This document shows positions 30,975 through 39,856 of a stretch of 64,000 bases of DNA, in pieces (position 1 is the first letter of the stretch; every line of letters begins with the position of its first letter). The stretch covers positions 224,001 through 288,000 of the forward strand of contig MTLY02000002.1 in assembly GCA_002011035.2 (NCBI GenBank). The letters are read 5' to 3'. The notes below the pieces were generated by a model that was given only the letters and a program-made list of their open reading frames with translations, was not told the DNA's origin and did not search any database. Origin of the DNA: Candidatus Hecatella orcuttiae. GTDB taxonomy: Archaea; Thermoproteota; Bathyarchaeia; Hecatellales; Hecatellaceae. A program made the position numbers and the translations under genes.

Positions 30975-33047
30975 ATGGGCGAAAGGCTTCCGGAAAGCCT
31001 TCCAAAAGGGGTTGACCTATCCCAGCCCAGAAGGAAGGTGTTCGTCAAAGAGATCGTCTTAGAGAACTTCATGTCCTACGAGTACGCCAAAATACCCCTG
31101 AAAGTTGGCCTCAACGTGGTCTGCGGCCCCAACGGCGCAGGGAAGTCTTCCATCCTCCTCGCCCTCTCCGTGGCGTTGGGCCAAGCCTATACAGAGCGGT
31201 CGAAGCGGCTCAGCGACCTGATAAGGAGGGGAAAGGAAAACGCCCGAGTGACCCTTCTTTTCGACAACTCCCCCGGGAAAGATGGGAGGAGACCCATTCC
31301 CAGCAGCGACTCCGATCTCTTCAGGCTTTCCCGCTATCTTAGGAAAAACGGGGAATACTGGTTTGAAGCGGACTATCGCGGGATTTCCAAAGGAGAACTT
31401 TCTCGGCTGTTGGACTCCTTCGGCATCAACCCCGACAACATGCTCATCATCATGCACCAGAACATGGTGGAGGAGTTCAGCGTTGTCTCCCCCCAGCAGA
31501 AACTCCTCATGGTGGAGGAAGCCGTAGGCTTCCAGCCCTACCGGCAGAGGATCATGGAAGCCCAGCAAAGGCTTATGGGACTTCTCAGCGAAGAAACCTC
31601 CATCGCCAGCCTCCTAGGTAGCGCTGAGCAGACTCTAGCTTACTGGAAAGAGCAATACGACCGGTACCTCCGAAAGAAGGAGCTACTTCAGAAGAAAAGC
31701 CAGTTGGAACGGGAACTGGCTTGGGCGCAAGTGGTTAAGTTGGAGAAATCCCTAGAGGCGGTGATGGAGGAGGAAGAAAGAAAAAGACGTAGGCTCATCC
31801 GAATTCGAGAAAACGCTGAAAAGACGAAGAAAGAGGGGAAAGAGCTCCAGCATGACATCGGTAAACTTCGGTTTGAACGCAACCAAAGCCTCTTCACTCT
31901 CATAGGCTGCGAAAAGGAAAAGGCTGGAAACGAGATCTACACTAAGCTTTCAGGCGAGTTTTCAGAGAGGATGGAAAGTCTTCAAGCCATGCTGGACAGG
32001 TTGGAAAACTCATCGGGAAGGAGCGAGGGAGACGGCTATAGGGCTGTTAGGGAAAAGATGGAGGAGATACAAAGTTGGCTTGAGGAAATTCAAAGCCATT
32101 CCCGAGCTTCCATGGTGAAAATGAAGGAATTGAATTCGAAAATCTCACTCCTCCAAAAAAGTCTGAGTTCCCTAGAACAGGAGTTAGACAGTCTTCAGGA
32201 AATGTACGTGGAGAAAAGGGTTAGGGAGGCTTTGCTGAATTATCAGGGGGAGGAATTAGAAGACCAGCTCCGGCAGTTGGGAAGAGAAGAGGACAGGCTT
32301 AAAGAGGAACTGGAGACTTTAGCCTCCCAAGCTAGGGAAATCGGGCCTAGGGTGGAAACCCACCGGCTTCCCCAAGAAATCAGCGACGAAATCAAAACTC
32401 TAACAGCCCACTTGGTCTCCTTGGCGGATGTTAATCCGGAGACTGAAAAAATCTACCGCAAATATCAGCGGGTATACGAAGAGCTGAAGCAGAAATCTGA
32501 AGTATTAGCGGAAAACAGGGCTAAGATGCTGGAGGAAGTGGATGTCCGGAAAAAGGCTTGGAGAAAAGTTTTGGAAAACTTCCTCGCCGAGCTTAACCAA
32601 ACCTACAGGCAGTTCCTCTCCACCATAGGCGCCCTTGGAAACGTGAAACTGGTCAACGCAGAGGATGTGGAAACCGCAGGCCTAGAGCTCTACGTAGGCT
32701 TCCACGGCACAGCTCCTACCCCCTTAGACGCCTACACCCAGAGCGGAGGAGAACGGACAACAGCCATCATGGCCTTTCTGCTCGCCCTCCAAAGATACGT
32801 GAAGTCTCCTATTAGGGCGGTGGATGAGTTTGATATACACATGGACCCTAGAAATAGGGAGACAGTATCGAAGCTGATAGCGCAGACCGTCGGCGAACAA
32901 GAGCAAGCGCAGTATATAATTATAACGCCCTGGCATCTTCCAATCTTTGACCAAGAAGCTCACCTCATCATCGTTCAGAATGTGGCAGGAAGGTCTGAAG
33001 TTAAAACGGTGAACAGCTCTGAAGCCGGCTCGAAGGTCCAAGGATAA
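30975..33047 (+). CDS. Short SMC-family ATPase (690 aa) with Smc5/6-like head motifs and no recognisable hinge or zinc hook (coalescin/archaeal SMC-related type)
   Basis: LENFMSY, CGPNGAGKSSILLAL, Q-loop IMHQ, coiled coils, TQSGGER, AVDEFDIHMDPRNR; ATG 30975 after GGGGT. Confidence 0.85.
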   Translation: MGERLPESLPKGVDLSQPRRKVFVKEIVLENFMSYEYAKIPLKVGLNVVCGPNGAGKSSILLALSVALGQAYTERSKRLSDLIRRGKENARVTLLFDNSPGKDGRRPIPSSDSDLFRLSRYLRKNGEYWFEADYRGISKGELSRLLDSFGINPDNMLIIMHQNMVEEFSVVSPQQKLLMVEEAVGFQPYRQRIMEAQQRLMGLLSEETSIASLLGSAEQTLAYWKEQYDRYLRKKELLQKKSQLERELAWAQVVKLEKSLEAVMEEEERKRRRLIRIRENAEKTKKEGKELQHDIGKLRFERNQSLFTLIGCEKEKAGNEIYTKLSGEFSERMESLQAMLDRLENSSGRSEGDGYRAVREKMEEIQSWLEEIQSHSRASMVKMKELNSKISLLQKSLSSLEQELDSLQEMYVEKRVREALLNYQGEELEDQLRQLGREEDRLKEELETLASQAREIGPRVETHRLPQEISDEIKTLTAHLVSLADVNPETEKIYRKYQRVYEELKQKSEVLAENRAKMLEEVDVRKKAWRKVLENFLAELNQTYRQFLSTIGALGNVKLVNAEDVETAGLELYVGFHGTAPTPLDAYTQSGGERTTAIMAFLLALQRYVKSPIRAVDEFDIHMDPRNRETVSKLIAQTVGEQEQAQYIIITPWHLPIFDQEAHLIIVQNVAGRSEVKTVNSSEAGSKVQG

Positions 33048-33825
33048 CTTAGAACACCTCCTCAGGGTGATTTCCCTCTGTGAAACGGTAGAGCGGAGGG
33101 GGATCAACCCTTTTGAGGTTGAGGTTAAAGAAGCCCTGAACTCCCTCCGACGGCTTCTCGCAAGTTGGAAGTCCTTCGAAGAGCTCTGCCTAGACGCCCA
33201 AGCCATCAACAACCTCTCCAAGGTCGTTAGGCTTCAAGGGGACTGGATTAAACGCCGATCAGCCCTCCACGGAGTGGACCCTGAGACCGTTGAAGCCCGG
33301 ATAGCGAAGCTGAAGCCCGAAGAGCTAGCCGGAGTCTTCTTAGGAGCATGGCGTCCGCTTGTTAGGCTGGAAAAGCTTTCCTTAGAAAGGTTGAAGGAAG
33401 CCTTCTGCTACTGGAAGGGGCTTCCTCCTCGAGGAGAACGTGGAGAAGATTTTCTCCTCCCTTCCTTGGAGGTTTCTACTTCCATGGATGAGGTTCTGAA
33501 AATGGTTTGGGAAGGGGAAGACTTTGATCAAACTCTTAGGAACTTCTGGGAGGAACTTCGCCTCAAGGCAAAGGAGGGGGGAGGTAAAATCTCCTACTGG
33601 AAGTTTGTGGCGGATGAAAGCTTCGCAAAGCTGGTGGTGAGAGCCTACCTGACCAGCTTTCTGCTCACCTACGGCTACGCCCGGCTGGAGGTGGAACCCT
33701 TAGAGGGGGACATAACCCTTATCCCTAACCCCGAACCGGTCACTAAGAAAAACGTCGGCTCATCGGTGGCCATATCTCTAGACCGTTTTCTCTGGGAAAA
33801 ACTGCGGGAGGAAAAGACATCGTGA
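33019..33825 (+). CDS. Kleisin-like (ScpA/Nse4-like) protein
   Basis: INPFEVEV and YLTSFLLTYGYARLEVEPLEGDITL parallel the N- and C-terminal motifs of the ScpA in this window; probable CTG start 33019 (GGTGA 6 nt upstream); ORF track starts at 33067. Confidence 0.65.
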   Translation: MKPARRSKDNLEHLLRVISLCETVERRGINPFEVEVKEALNSLRRLLASWKSFEELCLDAQAINNLSKVVRLQGDWIKRRSALHGVDPETVEARIAKLKPEELAGVFLGAWRPLVRLEKLSLERLKEAFCYWKGLPPRGERGEDFLLPSLEVSTSMDEVLKMVWEGEDFDQTLRNFWEELRLKAKEGGGKISYWKFVADESFAKLVVRAYLTSFLLTYGYARLEVEPLEGDITLIPNPEPVTKKNVGSSVAISLDRFLWEKLREEKTS

Positions 33826-34433
33826 CTGAGGAAGAAACCGCCGCGGCCTACGCCAGGAAGCTGAAAAGAGCAGCTCAAATGCTGTTTTTCCAGAGACACC
33901 GTGTTCCGGGCCTCCGAGGCTGGGAGCTGAGGAAATCCCTAGGCAAAGATTACATGAAAGTGGTGGAGCTTCTCAACTTCGAACTAGGGAAACTGGGCCT
34001 TCAGGTTAAAGTCATCCCGGAAACCAGTGAAACCGAGCGTCCGGAGAGGCTTACCGATGAGGAACTGGATAGGGCGAGGTTTTACATCACGCTGGGAGGC
34101 TCGCCTACGGCTACGGAAACCCAGCTGGCAGGATGGAGGATCGATGACCTAGCGGTGCTCGCGGCCTCCTTGGCCTACATCTTGGCAAGACAGGGGAAGG
34201 CTCCGAAAAGCGAGGTGGAGAAGCTTTTGAAGGAGAAGCTTCCCGAATGGAGGGTTAACCTCAGCCTCGACCGCTTCATCAAGATGAAATACTTGTCGTT
34301 GGATGAGAATGGGGTTCTCCGCTTAGACTGGAGGACGAGGGCGGAGGTGGATTTGAAAACATTGTTGGAGTTGCTTCTTACAGAGGAAACAACCTCGGCC
34401 TCCTCGGAGGGAAAAAGCCCTTCAACATCCTAA
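33822..34433 (+). CDS. Kite-like tandem winged-helix protein (Nse1/Nse3-MAGE/ScpB-like)
   Basis: Two WH-like halves; LAYILARQGKAP...LDRFIKMKYL...LRLDWRTRAEVD resembles the MAGE/Nse3 WH-B; translationally coupled (GTGA overlap). Confidence 0.6.
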   Translation: MTEEETAAAYARKLKRAAQMLFFQRHRVPGLRGWELRKSLGKDYMKVVELLNFELGKLGLQVKVIPETSETERPERLTDEELDRARFYITLGGSPTATETQLAGWRIDDLAVLAASLAYILARQGKAPKSEVEKLLKEKLPEWRVNLSLDRFIKMKYLSLDENGVLRLDWRTRAEVDLKTLLELLLTEETTSASSEGKSPSTS

Positions 34434-34684
34434 GATTTCAGAGACTTCTCAGCGGCGATCATGGTTAACGTGGACTTGACCTCAGGCATCCTTCGGAGCT
34501 TGCTTTCAACGAGAGCCTTAATTTCGTTTAGGTTTTCCACTTCCACCCGGAGAATGAGGTCGTAGATGCCGTAGATGCGGCTGACCTCCTTCACCGAGGG
34601 TGTACCTCGGATTTTCTCGGCTACTTCCTCGTCTGTTCCAGACTGCACATTGAGTAGCACAAAAGCCAAGGGCATTTCAAACAC
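34430..34684 (-). CDS. Standalone Lrp/AsnC ligand-binding (RAM) domain protein
   Basis: AFVLLNV, IYGIYDLILRVE, VKSTLTMI; no HTH. Confidence 0.88.
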   Translation of the reverse strand: MFEMPLAFVLLNVQSGTDEEVAEKIRGTPSVKEVSRIYGIYDLILRVEVENLNEIKALVESKLRRMPEVKSTLTMIAAEKSLKS

Positions 34685-34776
34685 GTCTGCCTTGGGGAAA
34701 TTAAATTTTTATGAATTCAACATTCAACGGTTAAAAGACTTTCGGTATCCCCCAAAAAATTTTCCTAACATGAAAC

Positions 34777-35661
34777 CTAGTTTCCTCTCCGCCAGTCAGC
34801 GGAGCTAGTCCGTCTCAGAATGGCTATGGGGCAATGTTCTGTTTCTTTGAGCATCTTCCACGTCACTTCCGTCATGGCCACGTTGAACTTTTCCGCCACA
34901 TCCCACATGGTTTTACCTGCCCCATAGCCGAGGATGTGATGGGAGGCTTCGGCCAAGTTCAAGGCTTCTTCCACTGTTAAAGCCTCCGGAGGATACACGG
35001 CTTTAGGAGTTGAACGGGGTTTAAGCTTAAACATCCTTCCAAAAAGGTAGTAGAGGAAGCCTCCTCCAGAACGAATGCCACTCACACCAGTAGGTGAAGG
35101 GGATAAGTGAAGCCTTCGAAAAGAATAGGTTTTATCCGAATCCACGATGAGAACGATGACGGATTTTTTCAGCCTCTGCTGGAAGGCAGCATAAATTTTT
35201 TCTGCCACATCCCCAGGTCTGGGGAGAGGAAGGCTGACGTAGGAATAGGGAAGGTTGGTGGCGTCGACGCCTCCCTCTGAGCTGAATCTTAAAGCTTGAA
35301 GCAAGCCGGTTTTCTCCAACACTAGCTGCTTATGCCTAGCTCCTTCAACTTGGGGGTAGTCTCTCAGCCGGAGCATAGTCAGAGGCTTCAGCCGGCATAG
35401 GAAACCCAGCAGATATCCCCAGCAAAGCCTCATCCACACTCGGACGAGAAACTGAGAGGCGAAGCCGGGTTCAACTTTGCTTTCGTCGACAATGTTCCCT
35501 TGGGCGATGGAGAGAGCTTTCTCTGAAACAGCTAAAATGTCCCCGTTTCTAACCAGCTTCCCCGCGGTTCGAAGAATTTCTTCCAAGTAGTTGGTTCCCG
35601 GAAGCCAGTAAGCTGTTCTAATTCTCTTAACCTTCAGCCCGGGAATTTTCGGAGGAGACAT
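34777..35661 (-). CDS. CofE-like (F420:L-glutamate ligase family) protein
   Basis: GDILAVSEKALSIAQG, GGVDATNLP, VIVLIVDSDKT. Confidence 0.7.
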   Translation of the reverse strand: MSPPKIPGLKVKRIRTAYWLPGTNYLEEILRTAGKLVRNGDILAVSEKALSIAQGNIVDESKVEPGFASQFLVRVWMRLCWGYLLGFLCRLKPLTMLRLRDYPQVEGARHKQLVLEKTGLLQALRFSSEGGVDATNLPYSYVSLPLPRPGDVAEKIYAAFQQRLKKSVIVLIVDSDKTYSFRRLHLSPSPTGVSGIRSGGGFLYYLFGRMFKLKPRSTPKAVYPPEALTVEEALNLAEASHHILGYGAGKTMWDVAEKFNVAMTEVTWKMLKETEHCPIAILRRTSSADWRRGN

Positions 35662-35759
35662 CCAAGGTTAACCGGCATGGATGACCAAAAAAACTTTCCG
35701 CAACCTGAGGCAATTAATAATAAGGGCTTTTCGAATACCTTTCCGTAGGAGTTAAGCCC

Positions 35760-37142
35760 ATGGAAGACATCCTTCTTTACGCTGTTCACGTGGGAGAAAA
35801 ACTCGGCGCCGACTTCGTGGAGGTCCGAGGCCAAGAACTCCATAAGACATCGGTAACCACTAAAGACGGAAAACCGGAGCATATCAGAGAAGGCTTCGAA
35901 GAAGGCTTAGGCATAAGAGTGCTAGCCCGTGGGGCTTGGGGTTTCCTATCCCTAAGAAAAACAGACCGGGAATCAATAAGGGAAGCGGCGGAGAAAGCCT
36001 ACAAGTTGGCCCTGACCTCCAGCCGGGAGATTAAAGAGCCTGTGAAGTTGGCGGAGGTCAAGCCTGTGCGGGATAGGGTGGTTAAGAAGCCTAAACTTTC
36101 CCCCACCGATGTCTCCTTGGAGCAAAAGGCGGAACTGGCTCTAAGCATCGACAGGGACATTTTCAGCCTAGTTCCTCAGGTGAAAAGCTGCACTGTTAAT
36201 TACCTCGACGTGGTGGGCGTGAACTACTATTTTTCCAGTGAAGGAGCCCGCATCCAACAGGACAGCCTCCACGTTTGGCTGAGAGTTTACGCCACGGCGT
36301 CTGAGGGGGAGGTATTCGCCTCCGCCAGTGAGGAGGTGGGTTCCACCAAGGGTTTTGAAACCTTTGAAAGACAGGTCCTAGAAAAAGTGAGCAGCAGGGT
36401 CTCCCGGCGGATCAGGGAGCAGTTGAAGGCGGAACTGCCCAAAGGCGGAGTCTACCCGGCTGTCTTAGGCTCCAACGTGGTAGGGGTCTTCATCCACGAA
36501 GCCTTCGGCCACCTAGCGGAAGCAGACCTAGCGTTAGCCGGCTCGGTGACATTAGACAAAATGGGAAAGAGAATAGCCTCGGAGGCAACGAGCATCTTCG
36601 ACGATGGAACGCTGCCTGGAGCCTTCGGTAGCTTCCGCTACGACGACGAAGGTGTTCCAGCTCAGCGAACCCCGTTGGTGGAGAAAGGCGTGGTAGTGGG
36701 GCTGATGCATTCCCGGGAAACAGCAGGCCGGCTGGGTGTTCAGCCTACTGGAAACGCTAGAGCGGAAAGTTTCAGGTTTACACCAATAATCCGTATGAGA
36801 AACACCTATTTGGCTCCAGGAGATCAGAGCTTAGAAGAGCTTCTAGAGCCCATTCGTTTCGGCTACTATCTGAAAACCCTCAGAGGAGGACAAGCCAACT
36901 TAGACGGCACTTTTCAGGTGGGCATTCAGGAAGGCTACAAGGTTATCAGGGGAGAAGTCTGCGAGCCGGTGAGAAATCTTTCCATGAGCGGGCACACTCT
37001 TCAGACACTCCTGAAGATAGAAGCTGTAGGGAAGGATTTCCAACTCTGGCCGGGACGGTGTGGAAAAGGCCAGACTGCCTTCATCTGCGACGGAGGCCCT
37101 TCCATCAGAGTAGGGGAGGCTCAGCTGGGAGGGAGAGGATAA
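35760..37142 (+). CDS. tldD: TldD metalloprotease subunit
   Basis: HEAFGH metal motif, YDDEG, TGNARA, PIIRMRNT, CGKGQ. Confidence 0.92.
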   Translation: MEDILLYAVHVGEKLGADFVEVRGQELHKTSVTTKDGKPEHIREGFEEGLGIRVLARGAWGFLSLRKTDRESIREAAEKAYKLALTSSREIKEPVKLAEVKPVRDRVVKKPKLSPTDVSLEQKAELALSIDRDIFSLVPQVKSCTVNYLDVVGVNYYFSSEGARIQQDSLHVWLRVYATASEGEVFASASEEVGSTKGFETFERQVLEKVSSRVSRRIREQLKAELPKGGVYPAVLGSNVVGVFIHEAFGHLAEADLALAGSVTLDKMGKRIASEATSIFDDGTLPGAFGSFRYDDEGVPAQRTPLVEKGVVVGLMHSRETAGRLGVQPTGNARAESFRFTPIIRMRNTYLAPGDQSLEELLEPIRFGYYLKTLRGGQANLDGTFQVGIQEGYKVIRGEVCEPVRNLSMSGHTLQTLLKIEAVGKDFQLWPGRCGKGQTAFICDGGPSIRVGEAQLGGRG

Positions 37143-37145
37143 GCC

Positions 37146-38513
37146 GTGAACCTTCTAGCCTACGGGGAGAAAGCTGTTCGCAGAGCTCTAGCCTCAGGGG
37201 CTCAGGAAACGGAAGCCTTTCTGGCTAAGGGTCGGTGTTTCGTGGTGGAAATAGAGCGAGGTCAGATCGCTAGGAGCTCCAGTATGGTGGATGAAGGCCT
37301 AGGTGTGAGGGCGGTAATAGGTAAAGCTTGGGGTTTCGCCTACACCAACAAGCTGACCGACGAGGAGGTGGAAAAAGCCGCCTTAGCGGCCCTGAGAGCG
37401 GCGAGGGCAGGAAAACCTGATGAGGCATGGAAAGGGTTCCCGGCTTCCCGAAAACTTCCAAAAGCGAAGGGCACCTATGACGAGGAAGTAGCCGGCCTCC
37501 CCGCGGAAGAAGCAGTGAACCTGGCTTCTAAAATGTTGAGGACGGCTCAAAGCTTTGACGGCAGAGTCTTGGCTGTCGAGGGATCGGTAGGCGTCTCCCT
37601 GGTGGAGAAGGCGGTGGTAAACTCGTTGGGGGTTCATGCCTGCGACAGAGGAACCCGGACTGAATGCTTTCTGGGGGCCATAGCCAAAGAGGTGGGGGAA
37701 ACTACTCCCCTATGCTTCGAATTCGACGCTCACTGTTCTCTTCGAATCAACCCGGAAAAGGTGGGAGAAGAGGCAGCGAGGTTGGCTGTTTCCGCCCTCG
37801 GAGCGGAAGACCTTGAAACCGGCAGCTACACCGTGGTCCTCGGCCAGTCTGCCTTGCTGGGGATTTTTTACCACAGTCTTATCCCCTCCCTTAAGGCTGA
37901 CAACGTTCAGCGGGGTAAATCCAAGCTGAAAGGGAAAATCGGAGTGAACATCGCCTCGGAGCTTCTAACCATTCACGACGACGGCCTCCGGGAAGGGGGC
38001 CTTCACACTTGGAGTTTCGACGACGAAGGTCACCCAAGCCAGAGGACGACTCTCATAGAAAAGGGCGTGTTGAAAGGCTACCTCTACGACAGCTACACGG
38101 CTGGCAAGGAGGGTGTGGAGAGCACGGGTAACGCCTGGCGGAGCCATCCGGCCCCCTACGCTTGGACTCCCATCATCGAGGCCACAAACTTCACCGTCAC
38201 CCCGTCCACCATTTCGCCTGAGAGGCTTTTGTCCGAGGTGAAGAAGGGAGTTTTCATTCCCTATGTTCAAGGCGCCCACAGCAGCAATCCTGAGAGCGGA
38301 GAGTTCTCGGTGGTGGCTGCACCTGCGTGGAAGATTGAAGAAGGCCAAGTAGGCCGACCGTTGAAGGGAGTGATGCTGACTGGAACCATTTATGAACTTC
38401 TCAGAAATATTTCAGGGTTGGCGAGCAACCTCAGACAGCTGGCCCTCTTGGTGGCGCCATGGATTAGAATCGAAGATGCGAGGCTGGTGGGCCGGAGGGG
38501 AGAGGAAGGTTAA
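37146..38513 (+). CDS. tldE: TldE/PmbA subunit
   Basis: FDDEG, STGNA, NPESGEFS, no HExxH; directly after tldD. Confidence 0.9.
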   Translation: MNLLAYGEKAVRRALASGAQETEAFLAKGRCFVVEIERGQIARSSSMVDEGLGVRAVIGKAWGFAYTNKLTDEEVEKAALAALRAARAGKPDEAWKGFPASRKLPKAKGTYDEEVAGLPAEEAVNLASKMLRTAQSFDGRVLAVEGSVGVSLVEKAVVNSLGVHACDRGTRTECFLGAIAKEVGETTPLCFEFDAHCSLRINPEKVGEEAARLAVSALGAEDLETGSYTVVLGQSALLGIFYHSLIPSLKADNVQRGKSKLKGKIGVNIASELLTIHDDGLREGGLHTWSFDDEGHPSQRTTLIEKGVLKGYLYDSYTAGKEGVESTGNAWRSHPAPYAWTPIIEATNFTVTPSTISPERLLSEVKKGVFIPYVQGAHSSNPESGEFSVVAAPAWKIEEGQVGRPLKGVMLTGTIYELLRNISGLASNLRQLALLVAPWIRIEDARLVGRRGEEG

Positions 38514-38932
38514 AGCCTCCGCCTCAGCCTGAAAAGAGAGGCTGGAACACCGAGGATAACCGCGGCTAGGATGAAAGACTGCCAAGATGCTAGGGAGTAA
38601 AAGGCTAAGACTAGGGAGAAGTAGATGGTTAAGATAAGGGTTAACATACCGTAGAGAGCAAACTGGTGGCTTCTGAAATAAAGCTTCCTCTTCTCCTCTT
38701 GGGTGATGGGGAAACTGCGGGAGTGATGGTAGACGGGAGGTAGGAGGAAAATCAGGACAGAGATGGCGGCAAAGGAGAGGGCTAAGATGGTTAAAAACAC
38801 CTGCACTGAGGCTTCTTCTCCCCCTTTGAAAACGGCTACGTTGAGGAGAAATCCGAAGAGAATCCCCGACACAGCCACCAGAAGGCGGAATTCCCCGAGG
38901 ATGTCCCCTACATCTATGGCGTAGTCGCTCAA
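38510..38932 (-). CDS. Small multi-pass membrane protein (DUF6328-like)
   Basis: EFRLLVAVSGILFGFLL, PPVYHH, about 4 TM helices. Confidence 0.55.
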   Translation of the reverse strand: MSDYAIDVGDILGEFRLLVAVSGILFGFLLNVAVFKGGEEASVQVFLTILALSFAAISVLIFLLPPVYHHSRSFPITQEEKRKLYFRSHQFALYGMLTLILTIYFSLVLAFYSLASWQSFILAAVILGVPASLFRLRRRL

Positions 38933-39024
38933 AGAGTATCCCCCTAGACTAAGCGTCGGCGGTCTTTAAAACTTTACAGACTCTGGTCTAAGGAGACTGG
39001 ACCTCAAAAAAATGGAGGGTTTTG

Positions 39025-39336
39025 TTACTTTACGGGGATTTTTCTTCCGCGAAGAGGCTGCTTCAACGGCACTGTAATCTTGAGAAGCCCACTTTCATAG
39101 GTGGCTTCAGCTTTATCCACATCTACGGGATGAGCGAGATAGTAGCATCCGGAATATTCTAGGTCCTCTCTGACAGCTCTGACGCAGAAAGTTTGTTCTC
39201 CAAGCTCCAATTCAATATCTTTCTTCTCAACCCCAGGGAATTCCACTTCCACGTAGTATCTTTCCCGGTCATGGTCAACACATGTAGAAGGAGCCACGGT
39301 AACCTTGGTTTTTTCTACCATAAAAATTTCCTCCAC
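39025..39336 (-). CDS. Small heat-shock protein (Hsp20/alpha-crystallin)
   Basis: VEFPGVEKKDI, AEATYESGLLKITVP. Confidence 0.88.
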   Translation of the reverse strand: MEEIFMVEKTKVTVAPSTCVDHDRERYYVEVEFPGVEKKDIELELGEQTFCVRAVREDLEYSGCYYLAHPVDVDKAEATYESGLLKITVPLKQPLRGRKIPVK

Positions 39337-39388
39337 TATGAAGAAAGAGACCGCTGAAAAATAAGCGTTTCGTGTTGCAAATGTAAAG

Positions 39389-39856
39389 TCACCGGTGTAA
39401 CCTAGGCTTCAACCGCCTTCCTAAAAAGCCGATGTAAACTATGGAAAAACCAACAAAGAGGACTACGGCCACTTTCAAAGCCAGAGAGACAGCGGTCAAG
39501 GAAAGCAATGCCACTGCCACACCTTCTAAGAAGCCTGTGGAAACTCTCCATCGGTTGGTTCCTTTCCTGAAACCCCAAGTTTGGGTTAACCAGTCGAAAG
39601 CAGCTGGGAAAAGAAGTAAGATGCAGAAGAAGACTTGATAAGGAAAAGAGAGGCCGTGGAATAGTGGAACTTCATAGAGAGCCGTCGCAGCAATTAAAGA
39701 GGAAAAGCCCATATAGACCCCCAAGCAGCGAGCGCAGATATGGATGTCCTTGCCTCCCAGCCTTAGGGTCACCCAGTGTCTGTGGGATAACAAGCTTTCC
39801 CAGTTCAAAACCTTCACCCACAAGCTTCCGTTTGGCTTTTTCCGCAATAGGGGCAC
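39389..39856 (-). CDS. DUF2085-like membrane protein
   Basis: ICARCLGVYMG, PAAFDWLTQ, NRWRVSTG; true start probably downstream. Confidence 0.7.
   Translation of the reverse strand: MPLLRKKPNGSLWVKVLNWESLLSHRHWVTLRLGGKDIHICARCLGVYMGFSSLIAATALYEVPLFHGLSFPYQVFFCILLLFPAAFDWLTQTWGFRKGTNRWRVSTGFLEGVAVALLSLTAVSLALKVAVVLFVGFSIVYIGFLGRRLKPRLHR

Noticed and set aside
30975-34433. Wadjet (JetABCD/MksBEFG) or Rad50-Mre11 interpretation of the second SMC operon
   Set aside because: No Toprim nuclease (JetD) or Mre11/NurA/HerA adjacent, no CxxC zinc hook, gene order is SMC-kleisin-kite, and the ATPase is far shorter than JetC/MukB
35760-38513. TldD/TldE as part of a RiPP cluster
   Set aside because: No precursor peptide, YcaO or radical-SAM maturase nearby; tldD/E pairs are common archaeal housekeeping genes
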